Below are positions 1 to 12,100 of a DNA stretch of 64,000 bases, piece by piece. Position 1 is the stretch's first letter. Each line of letters opens with the position of its first letter. Under the pieces are notes generated by a model. The model saw nothing but the letters and a program-made list of their open reading frames with translations. It searched no databases and was not told the DNA's origin. Made by a program: the position numbers and the translations under genes. The DNA lies in NCBI RefSeq assembly GCF_018977255.1, contig NW_024704743.1:44332001-44396000 (forward strand), written 5' to 3'. Origin of the DNA: Callorhinchus milii. Its lineage: Eukaryota.

Positions 1-1071
1 GTGAAGCGCTTTGAGACGTCTAGAAGATGTGAAAAGCGCTATATCAAATGCAAGGAATGCAAGGATTAACACACATTCTGGGTCACCTTGGCTCTTGCCA
101 ACCTTTGCGTAATACTCTCCAGAATTAAGTTTTGAACAATTGGCTGCTGCGTTTCGCCCACATAATATACAGTCAATTCACTTTACAGTATATTCTGTGA
201 AGCTCTTTGAGACATCTAGAAGACGTGATAAGGCCCTGTATCAAATGCAAGGATTATTATTAAACTTTCTCTCTGCTGCATAGCGTGGGTCTGTGCTGTA
301 TTTGGCTTCCAGATTAATCAAGAACCAAGTAACAGATTTCAAGTTGCATTCGGCTGCTGATGCATGAAAATTGCCCCATTTCTGTTCTGGTAACCACCTC
401 CAGAGGTTCCAGCACTCTCTTGTTTGTATTAGAGTGCTGTCCCCAAAGGCAAGGCTGCTGCCAGTGCCAATGCAATAAATTAAAGAACCATTGCTCTTTT
501 GCTAGCAGCTGTCACAGACTAGATCCTTATTATGAGCTATTATTCCCTCCAAACTGCATTGTGTCCTAATTATTTCACAATTAACAGTATTTGTCACACT
601 GCTCAACTGTAATTTCTTTTACTCCTCACATATTCCATTAATCCTTAATGTCGTTGACGTTTCTCATCAACACTTTTTGCAGCTTGCCCAGAAGAAACAT
701 AATATCGAAGGAAATTGGACTCATCCAGGTCTCACTGCTCATGGGATTTCAACAATGGGTCCTGCTGCACAAAAGTGCAACACTCTGTTGGAGGGGCTGG
801 CTGGCAATTGAGCATCGCTTATAGTCCAGGCACTGATTTTTACATCCAAACTGCCAGCTGTTTCCCTGCTTCAGTATTGTGTTTGTGCTGACACTGGGTT
901 GCTATGGTGGGGTTAAAGAATCAGTGACACCAAATGTAGATACCATTAGATAAGCAATATATCTGATGCTACCATTGCAAGGTCTTAAACGCAGCCTCCA
1001 ACGTCCTTGCCACAGTGCACATCGTGTATTTGCACTGGTACGAAATGAGAATTCCTGCAGTGCCCACCAAA

Positions 1072-1443
1072 AAATTAATAGAAGTTATCAAAATTATGAG
1101 GGGATTCAATAGGGTGAACAAGAAGAAAATATTTTCACTGGCGAGTGGGTCGGTAATCCAAGGACACCGATTTAAAATAGTTGTTAAAAGAAACAGAGGG
1201 GAAGTGAGGAGAAATTTTTTCGCACAGCGAGTTGTTCAGGTCTGGAATGCATTACCTGAAAGGGTGGTGGAAGCCGATTCGATAACAACTTTTAAGAGAG
1301 AAGTAGATAATTATTTGGGGAGGACAAGTTTGCAGGGCTATGGGGAGAGAGCGGGGGAGTGGGATTGAATTGGATGGCTCTTTTCAAAGAGCCGAAACAG
1401 ACACGATGTTTCTGTGCTGTATAATTCTATGATTCTATGATTC
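1072..1443 (+). mobile_element. CR1 LINE 3' end (5'-truncated)
   Basis: ORF2 C-terminus LIEVIKIMRG...RRNFFAQRVVQVWNALPERVVEA; ends in the CR1 (ATTCTATG)n tail. Confidence 0.9.
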
Positions 1444-2954
1444 AAAGCAACCTGATTAAAGAATGGCTTTTGTAAAACTCTTGAAAGCCTTTTACCTGTC
1501 CACACTCTCCATCACACAATGATATTGGGGGGCCTTGAAGAAAGCACAGACTGCAATTAATTCTGAAAGCAGAGAAAGTAACTTTCATCCAGTTCCTTTG
1601 ATAGGCTTGGCTCTGTTGCCATCATTTTGTGCATTACACCTTATTGCATTTCAAGGAACATTGATACAGTACATGAGGTTTGGTGGATCAAATGTTTTGT
1701 TTTTACTGAAGAAACTTACAACAAATAAACATCTTCTAGGATATCTTGGAAAATTCAGAAAATGTTCTTCCAATCGAACAGGTTTTTAGATTTTAAAAAA
1801 GATCATCCTTTCACATCAAAAGGACATCTCAGATCACTTTACCGGATATACTGTTGCAATTTAATGCAGTATGACCATTTAATCTCTATTTTAGCACTGG
1901 TCATTGTGCTCACTGCTGTCTGGTGATTTAGAATCTGATATTCTCATTGTTAATCCGTGCCTTCAGCCACTGCACCTCAAAACGTTGGAACTCTCCTCCC
2001 TCTCCGTTTTCAGATCACGCCTAAAGACCTCCCTCCCACCAGCTCGGTGTCTGGCTCTGCTACTGTAAGGTGCTCCGAGACGCTACCCTGAGTGAAAGGC
2101 GCTATATAAATGCAAGTTGCTATTGTAGAAATACTGCCAGGATGAGCAACGCCAGGATTATTGGGATTCACATAAGAATGTCTGACCCTAAAGAACCTCT
2201 CTTGTTGATGTGGTGTCATGCAGACAATCCTCGGCTTGTGGCCACTAACCTACTTTTCATTCTCTTCATTCTTAGATAATGGCAACTACAATGCAACCAT
2301 GTGCCTTTGCCTCAGATGCCTTTCAGTGCTCTACCAGAGCCACACCACTCTGCAGATTAAACATTCCACATTTGGTAACCTTCAGAAGTAGTGGCATTCG
2401 GCTACAAAATATACAATCACTACACTTGAAGTAAAGTGTTTTGAGATGTCCTCCCAAATGCATCAAATGCAACGATTATTATTATTAAAATTCTAACAAT
2501 CACAATTTATGGGCTTCCAGCATCAGTTAATTCCTTAAATTGATGTTTTTCAAAATAATTTTCAGAAATTACTTTGACTTTCACACTATTTGAAGTCACT
2601 AATCACGCATTAACATGTGTGAGTCTCATACTGGGAATGTTCAGTTCAAAACAATATTTGCTCTACTTACTTTGCAAGGCTGCCTTTTCAATCGCTGAAC
2701 CCATTATATTTGTTAAAAATCTATATTTTTAGGTACTCGCCTCACAGCTGGTTACCAACAAAAAATACTACAGCAACTATTATTCCAGGGACCTGTCTCT
2801 GATTCTGGCTCGGTTATCTAGAATTATTTCCTGTGCTATTTACTATCAGTTTCTTCTTGGTATCATAGATTGTTTGACTTTGATGAGCATTTAAATAAAT
2901 GTGTGTACTGTTTGCATACCAAATGTGTTCACTGCTTGAGAGATGTGATTTTGT

Positions 2955-3290
2955 TTGGTCAACCAGATGTCTGACACTTGCAGAATCATTATGCTTAAGA
3001 GTATCCAAACCAGACTTGAGAGTTCCATGCCTCCCACCTACACACGGAAATTTCACGTGTTTTGGAATGGAATGTGTGCTCTTCCTGGAGGGATGCATCC
3101 TGTTTACCTAATTCCAGAGAGTATTAGACAGCAGCAGGCAAGAGCATTGGAGTACTGCTAGAGTTTATCAAGTTAAAATTCCAAAGCATGCCAGTGAAAG
3201 CACTGTCTGGCAAGCTTTCCATTGCTTCTCCATCAAGGACTATCCTAAGCATGTTACCTTGGAGTCCGTTTAGCTCCAAGGTGACCCCGC
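2955..3290 (+). repeat. Unclassified interspersed repeat, internally deleted
   Basis: Both ends of the family are joined across a deletion. Confidence 0.7.
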
Positions 3291-3639
3291 TTACCTGCTC
3301 CTCCGCCCCCCCCACACCCACTCCCCCGAGGAAATGTAATTGTTATTAAATTATATTCCAATTGCCTACTGTAGACTACATGGAGCATATAATTTTCTCT
3401 GTAATTGATGCTCTATTAGTTAATGTTTCTGCTATTTTGAAGTACATTATTTTGTAACTTGCTGTGTAACAAGATGATTATTGACAGAGCTGTTTTAATA
3501 TTTCAAAGCATAATAATAATAACCCTTGCATTTGACATTGCGTCTTATCACGTCGTTGTGACGTCTCAAAATGCTTCATAGAATATATTTAAAAAGTGAG
3601 TTGTCTGTGTATTTTGTGGGCGAAACATGTTTTAAAATG

Positions 3640-3964
3640 TACAGTATTGGTTAAAGGGTCTATGGAAGGCTTATTGATCAACTGAGATTCAATCTCTGGT
3701 CTGTACTGAGTTACGTGATATCCAACTGATCTCATCCAGGGTAACACTGAACCTGCACATTTGCCCTCAGTGCCCTGGATTAGGGAGAAGGAAAGCAGCC
3801 AGGGTTCCTTCTCCTTATCCCATTCTTCGAGGTCTGCATGTATGGATGTTGGGTGCGGGTGTAACTGGGTTTAGTTGTGATGTTCTCCAAGATTCAGCAG
3901 TCTGCCAACATTCACTGTCAAGGCTGACACATGAACAATGCTCACTTGGATAAACTACCAGAAG
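3640..3964 (+). mobile_element. AmnSINE2-like ancient SINE
   Basis: ccctcagtgccctggattagggagaaggaaagcagccagggttcc...ctgccaacattcactgtcaaggctgacacatgaacaatg; related copies elsewhere in the window; family name from recall. Confidence 0.6.
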
Positions 3965-4909
3965 ACGTGAGGAATCGTGAGGCTAGGATGGTTTGCTGCC
4001 TTCCTGGTGCAAGGGTAGTGGACTTCACAGAGTACATGGACAAGATTCTTCGGGGGTAAGGAGAATGTCCAGAAGTCGTGGTCCATGTGGAGACCCACGA
4101 TATTGGTAAGAAGAGAGCTGAGATGCTCCAGGGCGAGTATCAAAAGCTGGGGAGCATACTCAAGTCCAGAACATCCAAGGTGGTGATCTCTGGGTTACTC
4201 CTGGTACCTCAGGCAACAAGGCACCATAATGAAAGGATCAGGCGCATGAATGATTGGCTGGAGAAATGGTCCGGAAAAGAAGGTTTCTGTTTTCTGGACA
4301 ATTGGGACCACTACTGGGGGAGGTGGGATCTTTACCTTGAGGATGGGCGGCACTTAAGCAAGGCAGGGGTGAGCTTCCTTGCCAAGAGATTATCAAATAC
4401 TGTAGGGGCGGATTTAAATAGTGTCGAGGGGGGATGGGTATCCAAGGATAAACAATGGATTAGAGATTAGAGGAAAAAGACAAGTGGGAAGTGTAGAGCA
4501 GGTACAAGCAGACAATTTCCTCAAATGCATGTACCCAAATGTAGCTTAGGGAATAAGGTTGATGAGCTGCAGGTTCAATTGGCCGTAAAGGGTTACGATG
4601 TGGTGGCAGTAACCGAGACATGGCTCAAGCCAGGACAGGAATGGGAGTTAAATATTCCAGGATATAATGTGTTCAGGAAGGATAGAGAAAGAAGAAAAGG
4701 AGGAGGGGTAGCAATATTAGTTAAGGATACAATTATAGCTGTAGAAAGGAACGAGGCTCTGGTTAGAGATAAGAAATAAGAAAGGAGTGGTTACACTGGT
4801 AGGGGTTTACTATAGACCACCAGACAGTGGGAAGGAGATAGAGGAGCAGATCTGCAACCAGATCGCGGATAGATGTAAGATGAACAGAGTTGTGATAATG
4901 GGGGATTTC

Positions 4910-5092
4910 AATTATCCCAATATAATTATCCCAATTATAATTATATAATTATCCCATTATATAATTATATAATTATAATAATATAATAATATAACAATAA
5001 TAATTATATAATTATAATATATAATAATATAACAATAATAATTATATAATTATAATAATTATCCCAATATAATATAATTATCCCAATATAAT
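4910..5092. repeat. AT-rich low-complexity expansion inside CR1 ORF2
   Basis: Repeated aattatcccaatataat and tataattata units, seeded by the CR1 DFNYPNI codons. Confidence 0.85.
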
Positions 5093-5118
5093 GGCAAAAT
5101 AGCAGCGCTAAGGGCAAG

Positions 5119-5163
5119 GCAACAACAACAACAAGATTCCATTTATAGAGCGCCTTTCACGTC
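5119..5163 (-). mobile_element. Micro-insertion of an L2 3' tail (~45 bp)
   Basis: caacaacaacaacaagattccatttatagagcgcctttcacgtc matches the L2 end at 29341-29380; flanked by a caaggca duplication. Confidence 0.75.
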
Positions 5164-5187
5164 AAGGCAGGAGAAAGATTCCTGTAC

Positions 5188-5513
5188 GTGGAGTCCTGTA
5201 GCTCAGTGGTTAGAGCACTCGCTTTGCAAGCGAGAGACCTGAGTTCAATTCCAGGCAGAGGGCGAAACCTCGGGCAAGTTTCCTTACTCCACACGCCTAA
5301 TAATAATCCTTCCAAAACCAAAAACAATAATAAAATTGGCATTTTCAATCTACGACTGTTTGTGGGACATTGCTGTGCACAATTGGCTGCCGCGTTCGCC
5401 CACAAATTTACAGTCAATTCACTTTACAGTGTGTTCTGTGAAGCGCTTTGGGACGTCCTTCCGACGTGAAAAGCGCTATATCAAATGCAAGGATTATTAT
5501 TATTATTATTATT
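5188..5513 (+). mobile_element. Young tRNA-Ala-like SINE with L2-type tail (short subfamily)
   Basis: A/B-box head gtagctcagtggttagagc...gttcaattcc, TGC anticodon-like arm, tail stem-loop and (TTA)n; near-identical to the copies at 10259 and 10839. Confidence 0.92.
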
Positions 5514-8402
5514 CATAAACTGTGTACAGGAAAATTTTCTTGAGCAGTATGTCTCCAGTCCTACGAGGAAGGAAGCATTGCTGGATCTAGTCCTGGGGAA
5601 TGAAATAGATCAGGTTGAACAGGTTTCAGTAGGGGAGCATCTAGGTAACAGTGACCATAATATTATTAGATTTAGATTACTCATGAACAGGGACAAAGTA
5701 CAGTCAAGGGTGAAAATGCTTGACTAGAAAAGGGCTAATTTTGATGGGCTAAAAAGGGACCTAGAGTTGGTGGACTGGAAGTAAGACTAGCAGGTAAAAC
5801 GACTCATGAGCAATGGGAGATCTTCAAAGATATGATAGCTCAAGATCTAAACAGATATATTCCCACAAAAGGGAAATGTGCGACAACCAAGCCAGCCTGG
5901 ATGACCAGAGATATTCTGTCTAGGATGAAAAAGAAGAAGACGGCGTACGACAATTGGAAGACACAAGATACTGAGGATAGCAAAGCGCATTATAGAAAAT
6001 GCAGGAGTGATCTTAAAAGAGTGATAAGACAGGCTAAAAGATCGCATGAGAAGAGGTTAGCGGGTAACATAAAGGGGAATCCTAAAATATTTTACAAACA
6101 CATAAAGGAAAAAAGGTTAGTTAAAGGTAGGGTGGGGCCAATCAAAGACAATCTTGTTGTGGAGGCAGAGGGCATGGCTGATGTACTGAACGAGTACTTT
6201 GCATCTGTCTTCACAACGGAAATGGATGCCCCAAATGCCACAGTATTGGATGAGAGGGCAGAGGAAATAGATCAGATTACTATAGACAGAGAGGAAGTTC
6301 TGAAAAGATTGACTGGGCTCAAAATTGATAAGTCACCAGGACCAGATGGGTTTCACCCAAGGTTGCTGTGGGAGATACGGGTTCAAATAGCGGAGGCTTT
6401 GGCCATTATATTTCAATCTTCATTGGACACAGGAGTGGTGCCAAGAGACTGGAGAGTGGCTAATGTTACCCCCTCTACAAAAAGGGGCAGAAAGACAAAG
6501 CCGGAAATTACAGGCCAGTCAGCCTAACTTCGGTAATAGGAAAACTACTGGAGACCATAATCCGGGACAGAATAAATCTCTACTTAGAGGAACATGAGGT
6601 AATTAGAGACAGCCAACATGGATTTGTTAAAGGCAAATCTTGCCTAACAAATCTAATAGAATTTTTTGAAGAGGTGACTGCGAGGGTTGATGAGGGAAAT
6701 GCGGTGGACGTTATTTACATGGATTTCAAAAAGGCTTTTGACACAGTACCGCATAAGAGATTAATAAAAAAATTAGAGGCCCACGGTATTAAGGGGACAG
6801 TGGCAGTTTGGATTAAGAACTGGCTGAGTGACAGAAAGCAGAGGGTGGTGGTTAATGGGTGTTTCTCGAAATGGAAGGAGGTGTGCAGCGGTGTCCCCCA
6901 GGGATCGGTATTGGGACCACTGCTCTTTCTAATATATATTAATGATCTGGACTTGGGCATAGAGAGCACTATTTCCAAGTTTGCAGATGATACAAAGTTA
7001 GGTAGGGTAGTAAATAGTGAGGAGGACTGTAACCAACTGCAAGCAGACATACACAGAATGGTGGAATGGGCTGACATGTGGCAGATGGATTTCAATGTGG
7101 ATAAGTGTGAGGTGATACACTTAGGTAGGAAAAATGATAGGAGGCAATATAGACTTGGTAGCTCAATCTTAAGGGGGGTGAACGTACAGAGAGATCTGGG
7201 TGTTCAAGTAAGCGAATCATTAAAAGTAGCGGGGCAGGTGGTAGATAAGCCAGTAAAAAAGGCATTTGGTGTCCTGAGCTTTATTAGTAGGGGCATAGAG
7301 CATAAGAGCAGGGAGGTTATGGTTAATCTATACAAAACACTGGTCAGGCCTCAGCTGGAGTACTGCGTCCAGTTCTGGGCACTTTACTTCAGGAAGGACA
7401 TTAAGGCACTGGAAAGGGTGCAGAGGAGATTCACGAGAATGATACTAGCAATGGGGAACCTTAGCTATGAGGACAGGTTGGAGAAGTTAGGACTTTTCCC
7501 ATTAGAGCAGAGAAGGTTACACGGGGACCTGATAGAGGTCTTCAAGATCATGAAAGGTTTCAACAGGCTAGAAAAGGAAAAGCTATTTCCGCTGGTAGAT
7601 GTGTCTGTGACCCATGGTCACAGTCTTAAGATGTCTACCAAAAGAAGCAGAGAGGAGGTTAGAAGAATTTTTTTCACTCAGCGAGTTGTTCGAATTTGGA
7701 ATGATCTGCCAGAAAGGGTAGCGAAGTCCGATTCGATAACAACTTTTAAGAGAGAACTGGATAGGTATCTGGGGAAGACGGGTTTGCAGGGTTATGGGGA
7801 GAAAGCTGGTGATTGGGGTTAGTGAAAGTGACTTGCTCTGTTCAAGAGCCGGCACAGACTCGATGGGCCGAATGGCCTCCTGTGCCGTAACATTCTATGA
7901 ATCTATGAAAAAAAAGACAAGGATGGCTGGCACTAAGACAGTAAAACTCACTTAAGCCTTATCAGTCAGGAACATAACATTTCATGATTTACACAAAGTC
8001 TGAGTTGCAGACAAACTTGGGTAAGACGTATGAAGTCCAATTTAGTCAATAGTGTGTACTGCACATCACCTGCGTGACTCCATGCCACCGATAGTTTGTC
8101 ACTGCAGCCAGTAAGTGCACATGCAGTGACGGGTCAAGACTATGTTTCCCGTGATTCAATGTGTTTTGACTGGTCACCGCCTGCACATTTACCAGCAAAC
8201 ATTGGAATCGCAGTGAATTGTGGGAATTGAAATTATTTTGCGCATGCATTGATAGATCAAGGACCTAATTTCCCACGATTCAATACAGCCGGTATGTGTG
8301 GGAGTAATGGAGAATAGGAGACGTGGAAATATGAGTTAGGAGATGATCAATATGACTAGTGCAAAGAAATCTAAATGCACCTTGCATTTGATATAGCGCC
8401 TT

Positions 8403-8697
8403 GAGAGCACTTGCCTTGAAAGCGAGAGACCTGGGTTCAGTTCCCAGCAAGGTGAAATCTTGGGCAAGTTTCCTTACTCCACACACCTGATAATAATCCC
8501 TCAAGAAAAAAAACAGTAATAAAATTGGTCACTTCAATCCAGGACTGTTTGTGGGACACTGCTGTGCTCAATTGACTGCCGCGTTTCGCCCACAAATATA
8601 CAGTCAATTCACTTTACATATATTCTGTGAAGCGCTTTGAGACATCTAAAAGACGTGGAAAGCGCTATATCAAATGCAAGGATGATTATTATTATTA
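8403..8697 (+). mobile_element. Same SINE family, nested in an antisense SINE remnant (8380-8800)
   Basis: Body and tail match 5188-5513; the antisense host tail continues on both sides. Confidence 0.85.
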
Positions 8698-8807
8698 CAT
8701 CGTCGAGATGTCTCAAAGCACTTCACAGACTTGCCTAAGGTTTCGCCCTGCCCGGGAATTGAACTCGAGTCCTTGAGGCGAGCATGCTAACCATTACGCT
8801 AACCACC

Positions 8808-9411
8808 TTCTGGTCCCTCTCCTGTCCGACGTCATCAACCTCTCCTTGTCAACCAGTTCAGTTCCAACCCCCCTAAAAACAGCCGTCATCATCCCCATCC
8901 TGAAAAAACCTTCCCTGGATCCATCCCTCCTCTCCAACTACTACCCCATCTCTAACTTCCCATTCCTCTCCAAGTCCTGGAACGAGTCATCGTGTCCCAG
9001 CTCCGCTCCTTTCTCTCTCCCCATTCCCTCTTTGAACCCCTCCAATCCGGCTTCCGTGCTACCCACAGCACGGAAACAGCCCTGGTCAAAGTTATTCATG
9101 GCATTCTGAACATCTGTGATCAGGGCTCCCTCTGCCTCCTTGTCCTCCTCGACCTCTTTGCCGCCTTCGACACTGTCGACCACTCCATCCTCATACACCG
9201 CCTCTCCTCTTTATTCAATCTTCACGGACCTGCCCTTGCCTGGATCGAATCCTATCTCTCTCACCTACTCCACTTTGTTACCTCCAACAATTTCTCCTCC
9301 AGCCCCCGCACTGTCACGTCTGGCATCCCCCAGCGCTCTGTCCTTGGCCCTCTCCTCTTTAATATCTACATGCTCCCCCTTGGTGACATCATCCGCAGAC
9401 ATGGGGTCAAC
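8808..9411 (+). mobile_element. L2 LINE RT fragment
   Basis: PILKKPSLDP, QSGFRATHSTETAL, LLDLFAAFDTVDH, GIPQRSVLGP. Confidence 0.92.
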
Positions 9412-9452
9412 TGAGTTAACCAGAAGCATGGTACCCTGTATTTAGTGCTGAC

Positions 9453-9701
9453 TAGCCAGCTTCCTGTGCTAAAAAGGTGCCAGGGCAGGTACTCAAGTCA
9501 CTGCTGTCATGATTTCTTAAGTACACATGCACCTATGCACAGGAAAGACCATGAAATGTCACTTCCTGTGCATGTATGCAAGAGCCACAGACATCATGAG
9601 TGCTTCCAGTGCATAGAGCACGTGTAAAGCACGCAGGAAAGGACATAAGTGATTGTGTGACTTAGAAGTCATTTATTTTTTGGTACGTAGGAAGCTGATT
9701 A
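9453..9701. repeat. Degenerate ~250-bp palindrome
   Basis: Inner arms 9522-9560 and 9590-9626; outer arms cagcttcct and aggaagctg. Confidence 0.65.
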
Positions 9702-10258
9702 CCACCAATGCACACTTTCTTCACAAAGTAACACTAGTAGTGCATCCTATGTTTAGGATGATTGCACAACATACAGGAAGTGATACAAGCATGCAATGTT
9801 TGGCCACAAGATATACAGTCAATTCATTTTGCAGTATATTCTGTGAAGCGTTTTGAGAAGCTTCCAAGACATGATAAGGTGCTATATCAAATGCAAGGAT
9901 TATTTTTTATTATAATGCATAAGAGGTGACATCGGCGACAAACTGATGCATAGCTTTAAATTTAGCTCTAGATTTAGAGTGGCCAGTGTTTTGATGTGAA
10001 ACTATATAATTTGAAGAGAGCCAGACAGTTTTCTGCAAACAATTTGGATTTTTTTGCTAAATAAATATCGGGATCCAAGCCCTAATCAAGCTATAAGCAA
10101 AACCCAGGTTATATTGAAACATGTTACAAATGGATTGTACTGTATTCTGCTTGTAAGCTAATAATAATAATAATAATAATAATAATCCTTGCTTTGATAT
10201 AGCTTTGTATTACAGCAAAATATACAACAACAAGTTGCATTCATAAACCACCCTTCAT

Positions 10259-10585
10259 ATAATAATAATAATAATAATAATCCTTGCATTTGATATAGCG
10301 CTTTTCACGTCGGGAGGACGTCCCAAAGTGCTTCACAGAACACACTGTAAAATGAATTGACTGTATATTTGTGGGCGAACGCGGCAGCCAATTGCGCACA
10401 GCAATGTCCCACAAACAGTCGTAGATTGAAAATGACCAATTTATTATTGTTTTTGGTTTTGGAGGGATTATTATGAGGCGTGTGGAGTAAGGAAACTTGC
10501 CCAAGGTTTCGCCCTGCCTGGAATTGAACTCAGGTCTCTCACTTGCAAAGCGAGTGCTCTAACCACTGAGCTACAGGACTCCACG
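10259..10585 (-). mobile_element. Young SINE, full length
   Basis: Reverse complement of 10839-11161; flanked by cttcat repeats inside an L2 tail. Confidence 0.92.
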
Positions 10586-10838
10586 TGGGACTTCATGTGG
10601 GGTAGCATCTCGTACCTCTTAACAGTGAACGTAAGCATGGTTGAAGAGGGAAGTCTTCAGGCATGATCTGAAAATGGGGAAAGCGGGAGCAAGGCGGAGG
10701 GATTGGGGGAGAGAGTTCCAAAGCTTCAGGGTGTAATGGCTGAAAGCACAGCTGCCGATGGTGGAATGGAGGGGACGATGGATACGCAGGAGGCCGGAGC
10801 TAGTGTATGCAGTGTTTAATCTGAACATATACTAAATA

Positions 10839-11161
10839 CGGAGTCCTGTAGCTCAGTGGTTAGAGCATTCGCTTTGCAAGCGAGAGACCTGAGTTCAATT
10901 CCAGGCAGGGCGAAACCTTGGGCAAGTTTCCTTACTCCACACGCCTAATAATAATCCCTCCAAAAAACCAAAAACAATAATAAATTGGTCATTTTCAATC
11001 TACGACTGTTTGTGGGACATTGCTGTGCGCAATTGGCTGCCGCGTTCGCCCACAAATATACAGTCAATTCACTTTACAGTGTGTTCTGTGAAGCGCTTTG
11101 GGACATCCTCCCGACGTGAAAAGCGCTATATCAAATGCAAGGATTATTATTATTATTATTA
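10839..11161 (+). mobile_element. Young SINE, full length
   Basis: tRNA head through (TTA)n tail; taaata on both flanks is a candidate target-site duplication. Confidence 0.92.
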
Positions 11162-11779
11162 TAAATAATGTGTAGAAGAATTTGTTAGTTATTCTAGCTC
11201 GTTTTGCTAGCAACAATAAATCAATCCAAACTTTCATCTGTTTGATGACCCTGGCATAACTAAATTCGATTTATTCTTCTCTTCCCAACTTGTCTTCTGT
11301 CATCTTCTCCAATTGTGACAAGCATAGATACTTATTGAAAGATGCCAGATGGAAACATGTGGACTGAATTCCACCTGCAAGTCAATCAATTTAAGCACAC
11401 CAAAATTCATTTTAAACAGGGTATGGCAAATGGAAATGGAGTATTGAATCGAAAATCCAACTTCAGTTTTAAATCTCTTGCTGTCATAAAATTCAACTAA
11501 GTACATTTAGAAAGCAACATAAATTATTCCCTTTTAAATATGCTCAAAGTACAGCATTGGCAAGGTTGATTCTCTGAATTGTCATAGCCTTGAACTAAAT
11601 GAGAATATTTGCCTTCTTTCAACACCTCATACTTCTGATAATTGTACTGGTTCCATATTTAACAATTCATTATGAATGAACCAATTCTAGTATTTCTCCT
11701 ACAGTTTCCCACAGTGTGTTTGATTCCATTCTTAAAAGGTAACACTTTATGGACATTCTTGTATAGTAATGTACCATAA

Positions 11780-12100
<321 letters not shown>

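Larger units (their letters stand above)
3967..7908 (+). mobile_element. CR1 LINE, near full length, degraded: partial ORF1 (SGNH esterase-like) plus ORF2 (APE endonuclease + RT)
   Basis: ORF1 RMVCCLPGA...VVHVETHDIGK...VVISGLL; APE motifs VAVTETWL, VIMGDFNYP, LDLVL, SDHN; RT motifs YMDFKKAFD, GVPQGSVLGP, KFADDTKL; tail attctatgaatctatga. Broken by stops, frameshifts and nested insertions. Confidence 0.95.

Noticed and set aside
6674..7822. 382-aa RT ORF as an active or domesticated gene
   Set aside because: Fragment of a disrupted CR1 ORF2; the endonuclease region is broken by insertions and stops.
10842..10912. tRNA-Ala(TGC)-like cloverleaf (also at 5188, 10510, 35421, 62060)
   Set aside because: Always fused to the SINE body and tail; the 1-72 pair is mismatched and the anticodon varies between copies. 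These are SINE heads, not tRNA genes.
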